NCBI GenBank assembly: GCA_026416125.1
Contig: JAOAFT010000004.1
Span: 70,448-134,447 of the forward strand
DNA length: 64,000 bases
Source: Bacteroidota bacterium
GTDB taxonomy: Bacteria > Bacteroidota > Ignavibacteria > UBA10030
Direction of reading: 5' to 3'
Each line of letters starts with the position of its first letter. Position 1 is the first letter of the stretch. The notes under the pieces were generated by a model that had not been told where the DNA came from, ran no database searches, and was given only the letters and a program-made list of their open reading frames with translations. The position numbers and the translations under genes were made by a program. Positions 41,396 to 51,952 of this stretch are shown in pieces.

Positions 41396-41842
41396 AAGTC
41401 TAGTTGCTTACCTTTGAAGTAGTAAAACTACAAGAAAGAATCTACAGTTAAAGGTTTAGATAATAAATGTGAAGTAAAACGAGTAGGGAAATGTGACTAT
41501 AAAATCGAGAGAGATTTTCCTATCTCCAAAGATAACTTGTTTGTAAAGCACAAACTTAAAAATCAATAAGTTATTAGAGTAGAACAAATGGAAATAGCGC
41601 GGGACTGTATTGTTGTTATCGAAATTCAAACCAAGTACCAAATAACCAAATCACTCGTTTAATAAGTAGTTTTTAACGTGATATACATTCTGAGATTTGC
41701 TTGAGAAATACACTCGTATACGACCTAATACACTGTGGATAAAAAACACCCCCTCTCATTCTAACCTATCTTACATAGTGTTTTTTTTGACTTTATAAGC
41801 AAAAAAGGTTAAATTTTTGAATGCTTTACAACATAGTTTCCA

Positions 41843-42634
41843 TTGAGCAACGGAGTTACAGTGCCTGAACGGAAGGTGAGCAGTGATACGAAAGCCCAAG
41901 AAGCATTGCGTGCACGCGGTGAGATTCCTCAGCATATCGCAATTATCATGGATGGGAATGGACGGTGGGCAAAGCGTCGTGGGTTACCACGCATTGCGGG
42001 GCACAGAGAGGGCATTAATTCCGTTCGGGATGTTGTGGAAGCGTGTGGGCAACTCGGTGTTAAGTACCTGACACTCTATACGTTTTCGACGGAAAACTGG
42101 AAACGTCCTCAAGACGAAGTTTCCATGCTTATGAAGTTGCTTGTTCATTCACTCCGCAATGAACGAGACAAACTTCATAAGAACAAGGTACGGTTGAAAG
42201 TTATCGGTGATGTATCATTGCTTCCACCAACTGTTGTTCAGGAGCTTGATACTGCACTCAAGCTTACACAGAGTAATACAGGTCTGACACTTATTCTCGC
42301 TTTGAGCTACAGTGGGCGATGGGATATTCTCAATGCAATAAGGTCACTGTGCCCGAAAATCCGTTCAGGTGAAATTGATGAACGATCGCTAACGGAATCA
42401 GCGTTTTCTGACCATCTCTCAACTTCTGGAATACCTGACCCAGATTTACTCATACGTACGAGTGGAGAGATGCGCATCAGCAATTTTCTTTTGTGGCAAT
42501 TGGCATATACAGAGTTGTACATTGCAAAAGAGTTTTGGCCAGCATTTCGACGGAAACAGCTGTATGAAGCAATAGAATCGTACCAACAACGGGAACGCCG
42601 TTTTGGAATGGTGAGTGAACAAGTACGGAAATAA
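41843..42634 (+). CDS. uppS: Undecaprenyl diphosphate synthase
   Basis: HIAIIMDGNGRWA, FSTENWKRP, DLLIRTSGEMRISNFLLWQ. Confidence 0.97.
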   Translation: MSNGVTVPERKVSSDTKAQEALRARGEIPQHIAIIMDGNGRWAKRRGLPRIAGHREGINSVRDVVEACGQLGVKYLTLYTFSTENWKRPQDEVSMLMKLLVHSLRNERDKLHKNKVRLKVIGDVSLLPPTVVQELDTALKLTQSNTGLTLILALSYSGRWDILNAIRSLCPKIRSGEIDERSLTESAFSDHLSTSGIPDPDLLIRTSGEMRISNFLLWQLAYTELYIAKEFWPAFRRKQLYEAIESYQQRERRFGMVSEQVRK

Positions 42635-42656
42635 TCCTTGTAAATAGAATGAGTGT

Positions 42657-45032
42657 ATGAACTACAATCTTCGTTCGATACGGGTAATGTTGTGGATGGT
42701 GCTATGTTCCACAGTTCTTTTTGCTCAGCAGAAGCAGGAAGTGTATAAAATTCTCGGTATCAGTGTTGAAGGACAACGATCTGGTGAACCAGCTGCAATA
42801 ATCGCAAACACTGGTCTGAGAGTTGGTGACGAGCTTACGATTCCCGGTGAACAGACACGTACAGCAATTGAGCGTCTCTATAAACTTCGACTTTTCAGCG
42901 ATATTCAGATTTACATTGAGAATCGTATTCAAAATGGGGTGTATCTCCTCATTAAAGTGAAAGAGAATCCACGTCTTGAACGTATTGAAGTGTATGGTAA
43001 TGATGAATTCGACCAAGAAGATATTGAGAAGAAAATAAAACTTGTGAAGGGACAATTAATAACTCCCGAAGATCTCTCCTCAGTTGTCCGAATCTTGAAG
43101 GCTGAATATGCAAAAGAAGGATACCTCAACGCAGAAATCCGTCCATCGCTTGTTGTTGTAAATGATACACTCAACCGTGTTGTACTAAAGTTGGACATCG
43201 ACGAAGGAGAAGTTGTTAAAATTGACCTTATTCGGTTTCATGGAAACAAAGCATTTTCCGATAGCGATTTGAAAGGGGAAATGAAAGAAACAAATGAACG
43301 AACATGGTGGAAATTTTGGCAGTCGAATAAGTTCGATAAGAAGAAGTATGAAGAAGACAAAGAATTAATCGTAAAGTACTATCAGAAAAACGGCTATCGT
43401 GATGCACAAATTCTCCGTGATTCGATCTCGTACGATGAAAAGAAGAAGTATATGACCATCGACATTTGGGTGTACGAAGGCCCGAAGTACTACGTACGGA
43501 ACATCACGTGGGAAGGAAATACAGTCTATACGTCTGAAGTACTCTCGGAACGACTCGGGTTCAAAAAAGGAGACGTTTTTGATAAAGAGCGCTTTGAGAA
43601 GAACCTTCGTAGGAATGAAGATGAAAACGACGTCACATCGCTCTACTCTGACAATGGTTACCTATGGTTCCAAGTTGAGCCAGAAGAAATCGTCGTTGAA
43701 GGAGATAGTTTAGACATTGTGCTCCACATTCGTGAGCACAATCAGTTTCGCATTGGGCAAGTAGTCATTAAAGGGAACACGAAGACATACGAAAAGGTAA
43801 TACGTCGGGAGCTTCTCACGAAACCAGGTGATTACTTCAGTCGTCAACGAATTATAAGCAGTGTCCGACAATTAGCCCAGCTTAATTATTTTAATCCTGA
43901 GAAGATCACACCCGATGTTCGACCGGTGGATGACAAAACAGTAGACTTAGAATACTCTGTAGAGGAAAAGTCGAGTGATACGTTCAACATGTCTGTTGGA
44001 TACAGTGGTGCTTTTGGCTTCAGCGGTGGCATAGGATTGGCATTCAATAACTTTTCAATATGGGAGCCGTTCCGTGGTGGTGCAGGCCAAGTCCTCACGT
44101 TCGACTGGCAATTCGGAGTGAGCAATTACTACAGAACATTCTCAATTAGTTTTACAGAACCTTGGATGTTTGATACGCCAACATTGTTTGGAATTAGCTA
44201 TTTCAACACAGCGCAACAGTACTATGCGTATTTACGATACCAAGGTATATCCCTCCGATTTGGTCGACGTTTTAGCTGGCCTGATATGTATTTCCGTGGT
44301 GATTGGACAATTCGGTACCAAAAGAATGAATACCATCCATTGTATGGGACAACGTCATACTACGATTACTATTACCGGGAGGGTATTTCGACGCAGTTTG
44401 GTGTTGCACAGGTTATTTCGCGGAATAGTACTGATAGCCCTATTTTTCCGACACGAGGTTCGAGTCTAGCACTCTCGAGTGAAGTATACTTCGGTCCAAA
44501 GCGTGAAGATATTGCACGGTTCCATAAGCATATGTTCAGTGCGGAATGGTACGTGCCTCTCTCGAGTAGTGGTCGGATAGCACTCATGACGTCGACGATG
44601 GTTGCGATGATTTTTGGATTTGAGAAGAATGCATACGTGCCATACCAGGATTTATTCTATATGGGCGGTACAGGGCTTGGGCAAATTTCTGTTACTCCAC
44701 TCCGTGGATATGAAGATCGTTCGATTGGGCCATACGATGGAGAAGTTGGTGGGAAATCGATGATTAAGCACACAGCGGAGTTGCGCTTTGCGCTCACTCT
44801 TCATCCGATGCCGATATACACACTAGCCTTTTGCGAAGCTGGAAATGTGTGGCTTGACCATACGGTGCAGAATCCACTCGATTTGAAACGGTCTGCTGGG
44901 CTTGGTTTACGGCTCCTCATCAATCCGATCGGGCTTATTGGGTTTGACTATGGGTATGGGTTTGATTCATACAAGCGAGGGGGTTCTCGTGCTGGCTGGA
45001 TGTTTCATTTTCAATTTGGAAAATCATTTTAA
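42657..45032 (+). CDS. bamA: Outer membrane protein assembly factor BamA
   Basis: POTRA repeats (GNKAF, GNTVY, GNTKT), SFTEPW, LRGY, C-terminal FHFQFGKSF. Confidence 0.96.
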   Translation: MNYNLRSIRVMLWMVLCSTVLFAQQKQEVYKILGISVEGQRSGEPAAIIANTGLRVGDELTIPGEQTRTAIERLYKLRLFSDIQIYIENRIQNGVYLLIKVKENPRLERIEVYGNDEFDQEDIEKKIKLVKGQLITPEDLSSVVRILKAEYAKEGYLNAEIRPSLVVVNDTLNRVVLKLDIDEGEVVKIDLIRFHGNKAFSDSDLKGEMKETNERTWWKFWQSNKFDKKKYEEDKELIVKYYQKNGYRDAQILRDSISYDEKKKYMTIDIWVYEGPKYYVRNITWEGNTVYTSEVLSERLGFKKGDVFDKERFEKNLRRNEDENDVTSLYSDNGYLWFQVEPEEIVVEGDSLDIVLHIREHNQFRIGQVVIKGNTKTYEKVIRRELLTKPGDYFSRQRIISSVRQLAQLNYFNPEKITPDVRPVDDKTVDLEYSVEEKSSDTFNMSVGYSGAFGFSGGIGLAFNNFSIWEPFRGGAGQVLTFDWQFGVSNYYRTFSISFTEPWMFDTPTLFGISYFNTAQQYYAYLRYQGISLRFGRRFSWPDMYFRGDWTIRYQKNEYHPLYGTTSYYDYYYREGISTQFGVAQVISRNSTDSPIFPTRGSSLALSSEVYFGPKREDIARFHKHMFSAEWYVPLSSSGRIALMTSTMVAMIFGFEKNAYVPYQDLFYMGGTGLGQISVTPLRGYEDRSIGPYDGEVGGKSMIKHTAELRFALTLHPMPIYTLAFCEAGNVWLDHTVQNPLDLKRSAGLGLRLLINPIGLIGFDYGYGFDSYKRGGSRAGWMFHFQFGKSF

Positions 45033-45075
45033 GGACAAACAATTTGTATAACCATTAACAGTTAGAGAGGGTACC

Positions 45076-45624
45076 GTGAAACGAAGCGTATTACTTTTCC
45101 TATGCATTCTTTTGTTCGTTGCTGTTGGTGTACTCAATGCGCAGCAGCAGAAAATTGCTTTTGTTAATTCAGAGAAGATTCTTGCGGAACTTCCTGAAGC
45201 TCAACAGATTAAGAAAGAGCTCGAATCACGTGTTCGAGCGTACCAAGATACGCTTGAGCGCATGAGTCGGGAACTTCAAGAGCAGTACGATAGTTATCAG
45301 AAAAAGCAAGCACTCATGGATCCGAAAGCAAAGAGCGATATGGAGAAGAGCTTGCAAGAAATGCAACTGCGGATCCGCGAGTTTCAATACCAGAAGTTCG
45401 ATACACGAGAAGGTGAAATAGCCCAACTTAGAGAGCAACTCTTTGCACCTCTTCAGGAAAAAGTACTCAATGTTATTGCTCAAGTTGCCAAAGAAGATGG
45501 GTTTTCGTATGTTCTCGATAAAATGGATAATGCAACAATTGTGCTCTATGCAGATCAAAAGTTCGATTTAACGTACAAAGTGATTGACCGCTTGAAACGG
45601 GGTGGAACAAAATCAACAAAGTAA
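45076..45624 (+). CDS. skp: OmpH/Skp periplasmic chaperone
   Basis: KIAFVNSEKIL, VAKEDGFSYVLD, DLTYKV; directly after bamA. Confidence 0.92.
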   Translation: MKRSVLLFLCILLFVAVGVLNAQQQKIAFVNSEKILAELPEAQQIKKELESRVRAYQDTLERMSRELQEQYDSYQKKQALMDPKAKSDMEKSLQEMQLRIREFQYQKFDTREGEIAQLREQLFAPLQEKVLNVIAQVAKEDGFSYVLDKMDNATIVLYADQKFDLTYKVIDRLKRGGTKSTK

Positions 45625-45645
45625 GCGGTAGAACAAAGGTGTGCT

Positions 45646-46191
45646 ATGAAAATGCGATGGACAATCATTGCAGTGTGTCTCCTGGTAGGAGTAAGTGTAC
45701 TTTCTGCCCAGCAGAAACTTGGATATTTCAATTCGGAAGCAATTATCAAACAATTACCCGAAGCACAGGAAGCACAGAAGCAACTTGATAAACTCGTCGA
45801 AGAATGGCAGTCAGAATTAACGAGAATGCAAAACGAATGGAAAAAGAAGTTCGAAGAGTATGATCGTCGTAAATTGATTATGACAGATCAACGACGTGCA
45901 GAAGCCGAAAAGGAATTGCGTGAACTCGATCAAGCAATTGTGAATTTCCGGAATCAAAAATTTGGACAGAATGGCGAACTGTTCATAAAACAAAACGATT
46001 TAATGAAACCAGTACAGGATCGCATCTTCAAAGCACTTCAAGATGTTGCGAAGGAAGAGGGGTACGACTTTGTATTCGATAAGAGTGGCGACATCCTTCT
46101 TTTGTATACAAACGAAAAATATGATCTCACGCAAAAAGTACTCGACAAGCTCTTAACCCCAACACAATCAACAACATCACCGAAAAAGTAA
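45646..46191 (+). CDS. skp: OmpH/Skp periplasmic chaperone (second copy)
   Basis: KLGYFNSEAII, VAKEEGYDFVFDK, YDLTQKV. Confidence 0.92.
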   Translation: MKMRWTIIAVCLLVGVSVLSAQQKLGYFNSEAIIKQLPEAQEAQKQLDKLVEEWQSELTRMQNEWKKKFEEYDRRKLIMTDQRRAEAEKELRELDQAIVNFRNQKFGQNGELFIKQNDLMKPVQDRIFKALQDVAKEEGYDFVFDKSGDILLLYTNEKYDLTQKVLDKLLTPTQSTTSPKK

Positions 46192-46194
46192 CAT

Positions 46195-47283
46195 ATGACA
46201 CTCTCAGAGATAGCTTCATTGCTTGGTGGCGACATTCTTGGTGATGAGTCGTCACCATCGATTGAAATTACCACCCTCTCAAAAATCGAGGAAGCTCAAT
46301 GCGGATCTCTAACGTTCCTTGCGAACCCGAAGTACGAAAAGTACTTACTTACAACCAGTGCAACGGCTGTTCTTGTATCCCGTACATTTCCAGTTGAGGA
46401 ATATCGTACAAAGATATCGATTGTCTTTGTACGTGTGGATGATCCATATATTGCATTTCTTCGGCTTTTACCTCGTTTCATTCAAGTCCCCGATCCATTT
46501 TCACCAGAAATTCATCCGACAGCAGTTATTGAGAGGTCAGCAGTACTCGGCGATGATGTTTCAATAGGTGCCTACGCGGTTATTTGCGATGGTGCTCGAG
46601 TAGGGAATGGAACAAAAATCGGTGCAGGGTGCGTTATTGGAAAGAATGCAACAGTAGGAAATCATTGTCTTCTGTATCCGAATGTCACTGTCTATCACGG
46701 ATGTACCATTGGAAACAGGGTTATTCTCCACTCTGGAGCAGTAATCGGATCAGATGGATTTGGTCATGCTCCCCGTGCCGATGGCACGTATGAAAAGATT
46801 CCTCAGCTTGGAATTGTTGTGATTGAAGATGATGTCGAAATTGGAGCGAACACGACGATTGATCGAGCAACCCTTGGCGAAACGAAAATTTGTCGTGGAG
46901 TGAAGATTGATAACCTTGTCCAGATAGCTCATAACGTAGTAATTGGCGAGAATACTGTTATCGCGGCACAGACAGGCATTAGTGGGAGTACAAAAATAGG
47001 GAAAAATTGCAAGTTAGCAGGGCAGGTTGGCATTGCTGGCCACATTGAAATTGCAGATGGTACAATCATTATGGCACAGTCTGGTGTACCAAACTCAATT
47101 AAAGAACCCAATAAAGCATACTTTGGATACCCAGCAGATGAAGCTCGAAAAGCACAGCGAGCATACGCTGCTTTGAAAATGCTCCCCGACACAATTCGCG
47201 AACTTACTGCGTTGAAACAGAGAGTGGAAGAGTTGGAAAAGAAACTTCATGTGCAACAACAATCAGGAGAAGGAACGACGTAG
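46195..47283 (+). CDS. lpxD: UDP-3-O-acylglucosamine N-acyltransferase
   Basis: FLANPKY, hexapeptide repeats, [22 protein letters not shown]. Confidence 0.96.
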   Translation: MTLSEIASLLGGDILGDESSPSIEITTLSKIEEAQCGSLTFLANPKYEKYLLTTSATAVLVSRTFPVEEYRTKISIVFVRVDDPYIAFLRLLPRFIQVPDPFSPEIHPTAVIERSAVLGDDVSIGAYAVICDGARVGNGTKIGAGCVIGKNATVGNHCLLYPNVTVYHGCTIGNRVILHSGAVIGSDGFGHAPRADGTYEKIPQLGIVVIEDDVEIGANTTIDRATLGETKICRGVKIDNLVQIAHNVVIGENTVIAAQTGISGSTKIGKNCKLAGQVGIAGHIEIADGTIIMAQSGVPNSIKEPNKAYFGYPADEARKAQRAYAALKMLPDTIRELTALKQRVEELEKKLHVQQQSGEGTT

Positions 47284-47284
47284 T

Positions 47285-48691
47285 ATGCTCATTCAACAGA
47301 TAACTATTAAGAAGAAAGTGTCAATGACTGGCGTTGGTTTACACACTGGTGTTCAAACAACAATGACATTTAAACCAGCACCAGAAAACTTTGGTATTCG
47401 GTTCCGACGTGTAGATTTGCCAGATTCACCAGAAATTCCAGCGCTTGTTGACTATGTTGTTGATTTGCGTCGGGGTACCACCCTTGGTATAGGTGAGGTA
47501 CGTGTTCACACAGTAGAGCATGTACTTGCAGCAATTGCTGGACTCCAAATTGATAATATCCTTATTGAACTTAATAACATTGAACCACCTGTTGGTGATG
47601 GAAGTGCAAAACCGTTTGTGGATCTTCTCCTCGAAGCTGGATTGGAGGAGCAAGAAGCACCTAAAGACTACTTAATTATTGATCAGGTTATCCACTACCA
47701 GGATCCACAGCGAGGTGTTGAAATTGTAGCACTTCCAACGGATGATTTCCGTGTTACGGTTATGATTGATTACAATAATCCTGCGCTCGGAAGTCAACAT
47801 ACAGGTCTCTTCGATCTCGAGAAAGAGTTTGTATCAGAATTCGCTTCCGCACGTACATTCTGCTTTCTACACGAAGTTGAGCAACTGCACGACGCAGGGT
47901 TGATTCGCGGTGGAAATCTCGACAATGCGATTGTCATCGTTGATCGGGAACTTACGAAAGAAGAACTCGATAAGGTTGCAAAGAAAATAGGTATCGATCA
48001 GGCAGTAATTCTCGGTGCCACCGGTGTATTGGGAGATAAGCCATTGAAGTATAGGAATGAACCAGCACGTCACAAGTTACTAGACATGATTGGCGATCTC
48101 GCGCTCATCGGTGTACCGATTAAAGCACAAGTTCTCGCTGCACGTCCGGGACATGCGGCAAACATTGAGTTTGCAAAGAAAGTACGGAAACTCTATGAAC
48201 AGAAGAAGTTAGTGAAGAAGTACCAACACGAGAAGAAGGAAGGTGTTGTCTTTGATATCAATGCAATTCAACGTATCCTTCCACACCGCCATCCATTCTT
48301 GCTCATTGATAAAATTGTCGAGTTTCAGATTGACGAACGTGTTGTTGCTGTGAAGAACGTCACGATGAATGAGTGGTTTTTCGAGGGTCATTTCCCCGGG
48401 AAACCGATAATGCCTGGTGTGCTCATTGTTGAAGCAATGGCACAGGCAGGTGGTGTTCTGCTCCTGAATGGTGTGGAAAATCCAGGTGACAAGCTGGTGT
48501 ACTTCATGGGTATTAACAACGTTAAGTTTCGGAAACCAGTTGTTCCTGGGGATCAACTTGTCTTTGAGCTCCACATGGTATCTCGGCGTTCGAAGGTCGT
48601 ACAGATGCGAGGGCAAGCGTTTGTCGATGGTGCTCTGGTAGCAGAAGGTGATTTGACAGCAGCAATTGTTGATCGTGAATCTGGTAAGTAA
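47285..48691 (+). CDS. lpxC-fabZ: Bifunctional LpxC deacetylase / FabZ dehydratase
   Basis: GVGLHTG, TVEHVLAA, ARTF, HKLLDMIGD, followed by LPHRHPFLLID, FEGHFP, PGVLIVEAMAQ. Confidence 0.96.
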   Translation: MLIQQITIKKKVSMTGVGLHTGVQTTMTFKPAPENFGIRFRRVDLPDSPEIPALVDYVVDLRRGTTLGIGEVRVHTVEHVLAAIAGLQIDNILIELNNIEPPVGDGSAKPFVDLLLEAGLEEQEAPKDYLIIDQVIHYQDPQRGVEIVALPTDDFRVTVMIDYNNPALGSQHTGLFDLEKEFVSEFASARTFCFLHEVEQLHDAGLIRGGNLDNAIVIVDRELTKEELDKVAKKIGIDQAVILGATGVLGDKPLKYRNEPARHKLLDMIGDLALIGVPIKAQVLAARPGHAANIEFAKKVRKLYEQKKLVKKYQHEKKEGVVFDINAIQRILPHRHPFLLIDKIVEFQIDERVVAVKNVTMNEWFFEGHFPGKPIMPGVLIVEAMAQAGGVLLLNGVENPGDKLVYFMGINNVKFRKPVVPGDQLVFELHMVSRRSKVVQMRGQAFVDGALVAEGDLTAAIVDRESGK

Positions 48692-48703
48692 GGAAGGAAT
48701 TCT

Positions 48704-49498
48704 ATGGCGGTTGTTATAGATCCTACAGCAAGGGTTAGTCCTAAAGCTCAATTGGGTGAAAATGTTACCATCGGTCCATATTCAATCATTGGTGAGCATG
48801 TAACAATTGGTGATGGGTGTGAAATTGGTTCACACGTTGTCATCCATTGCTATACAACAATGGGGAAAGACTGTAGGGTTGCTCCTTTTGCCTCTGTTGG
48901 TACAAAACCGCAAGATCTGAAGTACAACAACGAGCCAACAACACTCGAAATTGGTGATCGGTGTGATATTCGCGAGTATGTTACACTGAGCCGTGGTACC
49001 AGTGCTCATGGCAAAACTGTCATTGGAAATGATTGCCTCTTCATGGCAAATACACATGTAGCGCATGATTGTATTGTAGGGGATCATTGTATCTTGGCAA
49101 ACAGTGCTGCACTTGCTGGACACGTTACACTTGGGAATTGGGTTATTCTAGGAGGATTGACTCCTGTTCATCAGTTTGTTCGAATCGGTGACCACGCAAT
49201 GGTTGGGGGTGGGTACCGTGTTCCAAAAGATATACCGCCGTATGTGCGGGCTGGACGTGAGCCAATGTCGTACGAGGGATTGAACATTGTTGGATTGAAA
49301 CGTCGTGGTTTTACGAATGAAACAATTGCTCTTATCGATAAGACCTATACTATTCTCTATCTTTCGAACTTGAACGTTTCGCAGGCAGTTCAACGCATCA
49401 AACAAGAGGTTCCTCTCATTCCAGAAGTCCAGAACATCCTCGATTTTATAGCAAAGAGTCAACGTGGCATTATGCCTGGTCCACGACTTGGGCGGTAA
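48704..49498 (+). CDS. lpxA: Acyl-ACP--UDP-N-acetylglucosamine O-acyltransferase
   Basis: PQDLKY, HVAHDC, LAGHV, VHQFVRIG, GLNIVGLKRRG. Confidence 0.96.
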   Translation: MAVVIDPTARVSPKAQLGENVTIGPYSIIGEHVTIGDGCEIGSHVVIHCYTTMGKDCRVAPFASVGTKPQDLKYNNEPTTLEIGDRCDIREYVTLSRGTSAHGKTVIGNDCLFMANTHVAHDCIVGDHCILANSAALAGHVTLGNWVILGGLTPVHQFVRIGDHAMVGGGYRVPKDIPPYVRAGREPMSYEGLNIVGLKRRGFTNETIALIDKTYTILYLSNLNVSQAVQRIKQEVPLIPEVQNILDFIAKSQRGIMPGPRLGR

Positions 49499-49501
49499 TG
49501 A

Positions 49502-50275
49502 ATGGCAACTCTGTGGTACCTTGAAGACACAGGTTCACAACCTGGGAGGATTAATATGGAGCGCGACGAATCGCTTGCGCGATTGTTGTGCGAAGGGAGA
49601 GGTCTACCAACACTCCGTCTTTACTCATGGAAACCGTGGGCAATTTCGCTTGGGTGGCACCAGCCTTGGGAGACTATCGATTACGAAAAAGCCATTCGCG
49701 ATGGGATTGATGTTGTACGACGTCCAACCGGGGGACGTGCATTACTTCACGCCGAAGAACTGACGTACTGTGTTGTGTTTGAGAACAATGGTAAGAGTAT
49801 ACTTGAAACGTATGCATTAATTAGCCGTGCATTGCTTACAGCAATGAGGCTTCTTGGCATTTATGCTCAGTATGAAAAACAGTCACCACACTTTCCATCT
49901 CTCTACCGTTCAGTGGTTGGAGGGGCCTGTTTCTCGAGTGCTGGGAGGTACGAAATTACAGTCGATGGGAAAAAGCTCATTGGGAGTGCACAACGGAGGT
50001 ACTGTACCAGCGATGGTCGCGAAGTTATACTTCAACATGGCTCAATTCTCATAGGTTCTGCACACAAAAATCTCCTTGAATACCTTGTGTGTTCCAACGA
50101 AGAGCGCAACCACATCCAACGTGTTTTTGAAGAAAGAACAACAGATCTTCAAACGATTCTCCAACGACCGATACTCATTAATGAAGTTCGGAATGCAGTA
50201 CAACAAGGTTTTGAAAAGTGTTGGGGTCTTCGTTTTATTACTGAACTCGAATCCATTGAAGGAAATGTACTATGA
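49502..50275 (+). CDS. Lipoate-protein ligase / octanoyltransferase family protein
   Basis: NMERDE, LRLYSW, VRRPTGGRALLH, KKLIGSAQ, LQHGSI. Confidence 0.9.
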   Translation: MATLWYLEDTGSQPGRINMERDESLARLLCEGRGLPTLRLYSWKPWAISLGWHQPWETIDYEKAIRDGIDVVRRPTGGRALLHAEELTYCVVFENNGKSILETYALISRALLTAMRLLGIYAQYEKQSPHFPSLYRSVVGGACFSSAGRYEITVDGKKLIGSAQRRYCTSDGREVILQHGSILIGSAHKNLLEYLVCSNEERNHIQRVFEERTTDLQTILQRPILINEVRNAVQQGFEKCWGLRFITELESIEGNVL

Positions 50276-51096
50276 AACAGATGCAAGGAACATCAGGCCC
50301 TAAGAAAGTAACAACGAAAGTTATTTCGTTGATGAAACGAGAGAAAACTCCAATTGCATGCTTAACTGCCTATGACTACTTAACAGCACGACTTCTTGAC
50401 CAATCAGGAGTAGATATTATCCTCGTTGGTGATTCGCTTGGTATGGTGGTGCAAGGTCACGATACAACGTTACCTGTAACACTCGACGAAATGATTTACC
50501 ATGCAAAAGCAGTGGTGAGAGGTGTCGATCGAGCAATGGTCATTGTGGATATGCCATTCATGTCGTACCAAGCGAACGACGAAGAAGGATTTCGAAATGC
50601 AGGCCGTATTATGAAAGAGACAGGTGCAGGAGGAGTGAAGTTTGAAGGAGGAGAACGCATTGCACGACTCGTTGAAATGACAGTACGAGCTGGAATTCCT
50701 GTTATGGGACATCTTGGACTCACGCCGCAATCGATCCACCAGTTTGGAGGATATACACCGCGCGGAACAACAACCGAAGAGGCGAAACAAATTCTCCGCG
50801 ATGCGAAAGTACTCGAGGAAGCTGGAGCATTTTGCATTGTCTTAGAAAAAATTCCTGCACAACTTGCTGCAAAAATCACAAAATTGCTTTCAATCCCAAC
50901 AATAGGAATAGGTGCTGGAGTACACTGCGACGGCCAAATTCTCGTTGTCTCGGATATGTTAGGATTATATGAAGATTTTCACCCACGGTTTGTGCGGCGG
51001 TATGCACACCTGGCAGAAACAATTCGTACAAGTGTTGCACAGTACGTCCATGATGTGAAGGAGCGAACGTTCCCCAATGAAAAAGAAAGTTACTAA
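50272..51096 (+). CDS. panB: 3-methyl-2-oxobutanoate hydroxymethyltransferase
   Basis: LTAYDY, LVGDSLG, DMPF, KFEGG, GHLGLTPQS, GIGAG. Confidence 0.97.
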   Translation: MKQMQGTSGPKKVTTKVISLMKREKTPIACLTAYDYLTARLLDQSGVDIILVGDSLGMVVQGHDTTLPVTLDEMIYHAKAVVRGVDRAMVIVDMPFMSYQANDEEGFRNAGRIMKETGAGGVKFEGGERIARLVEMTVRAGIPVMGHLGLTPQSIHQFGGYTPRGTTTEEAKQILRDAKVLEEAGAFCIVLEKIPAQLAAKITKLLSIPTIGIGAGVHCDGQILVVSDMLGLYEDFHPRFVRRYAHLAETIRTSVAQYVHDVKERTFPNEKESY

Positions 51097-51883
51097 GAAC
51101 AAGAGCCAGCGTAATATTTCTATTCTTGTAACAAACGATGATGGAATTGATGCCCAAGGTATAGCTGCACTTGTTAAAGAGTTGAAGAAAATAGCAACGG
51201 TTACTGTTGTCGCTCCCGATAAACAACAGAGTGCTGTGGGGCATGCTATTACGATGAATTATCCTCTCCGAGTGAAAGAGTACTATAAAAATGGAAAGTT
51301 CTTCGGATATGCGGTGCAAGGGACACCTGCTGATTGTGTTAAAATTGCAGTACGTGCACTTCTTCCTGAAGAACCTGATCTGATTGTATCTGGGATTAAC
51401 CATGGCTCGAATACCGCAATTAGTGTTATCTACTCAGGTACAGTATCGGCTGCCACGGAAGGTACGGTGTTAGGAATTCCATCCATTGCAGTGTCACTCA
51501 CAACGTATAAACCGTCGCCCGATTTTTCGTATGCGGCACGAATTGCACGGAAATTATCTCTTCTCGTACTCAAACAAGGGTTGCCACGACGGACGCTCCT
51601 AAATGTCAATGTACCTGCGTTACCAAAGAGTGAGATTAAAGGAGTACTTGTCACGAAACAGAGTAGTGCGCTATGGAATGATACATTTGACCATCGTCGT
51701 GACCCCGGGGGCGTTGATTACTATTGGTTAACCGGGGTTCTCGATAATCCTGATACCGATATAACGTACGATGAAGCAGCAATCAGACAAGGATACGTTT
51801 CCATAACACCAATTCATTACGATCTCACAGACTATGAAACGTACGAAGTACTTCAACGTTGGCCTATCCACACATTAAAATAA
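51077..51883 (+). CDS. surE: 5'/3'-nucleotidase SurE
   Basis: ILVTNDDG, GTPADCV, SGINHGSN, YSGTVSAA. Confidence 0.97.
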   Translation: MKKKVTKNKSQRNISILVTNDDGIDAQGIAALVKELKKIATVTVVAPDKQQSAVGHAITMNYPLRVKEYYKNGKFFGYAVQGTPADCVKIAVRALLPEEPDLIVSGINHGSNTAISVIYSGTVSAATEGTVLGIPSIAVSLTTYKPSPDFSYAARIARKLSLLVLKQGLPRRTLLNVNVPALPKSEIKGVLVTKQSSALWNDTFDHRRDPGGVDYYWLTGVLDNPDTDITYDEAAIRQGYVSITPIHYDLTDYETYEVLQRWPIHTLK

Positions 51884-51952
51884 ATAATAGACATTCCTGT
51901 TTACTGAGAGGAGATGTTTCCGTACCTTTGGAGTAACGAAGGTCGGATGCAT

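Noticed and set aside
45076-48691. Tandem skp genes and the lpxC-fabZ fusion as novelties
   Set aside because: Both are standard for Bacteroidota/Chlorobi-related lineages.
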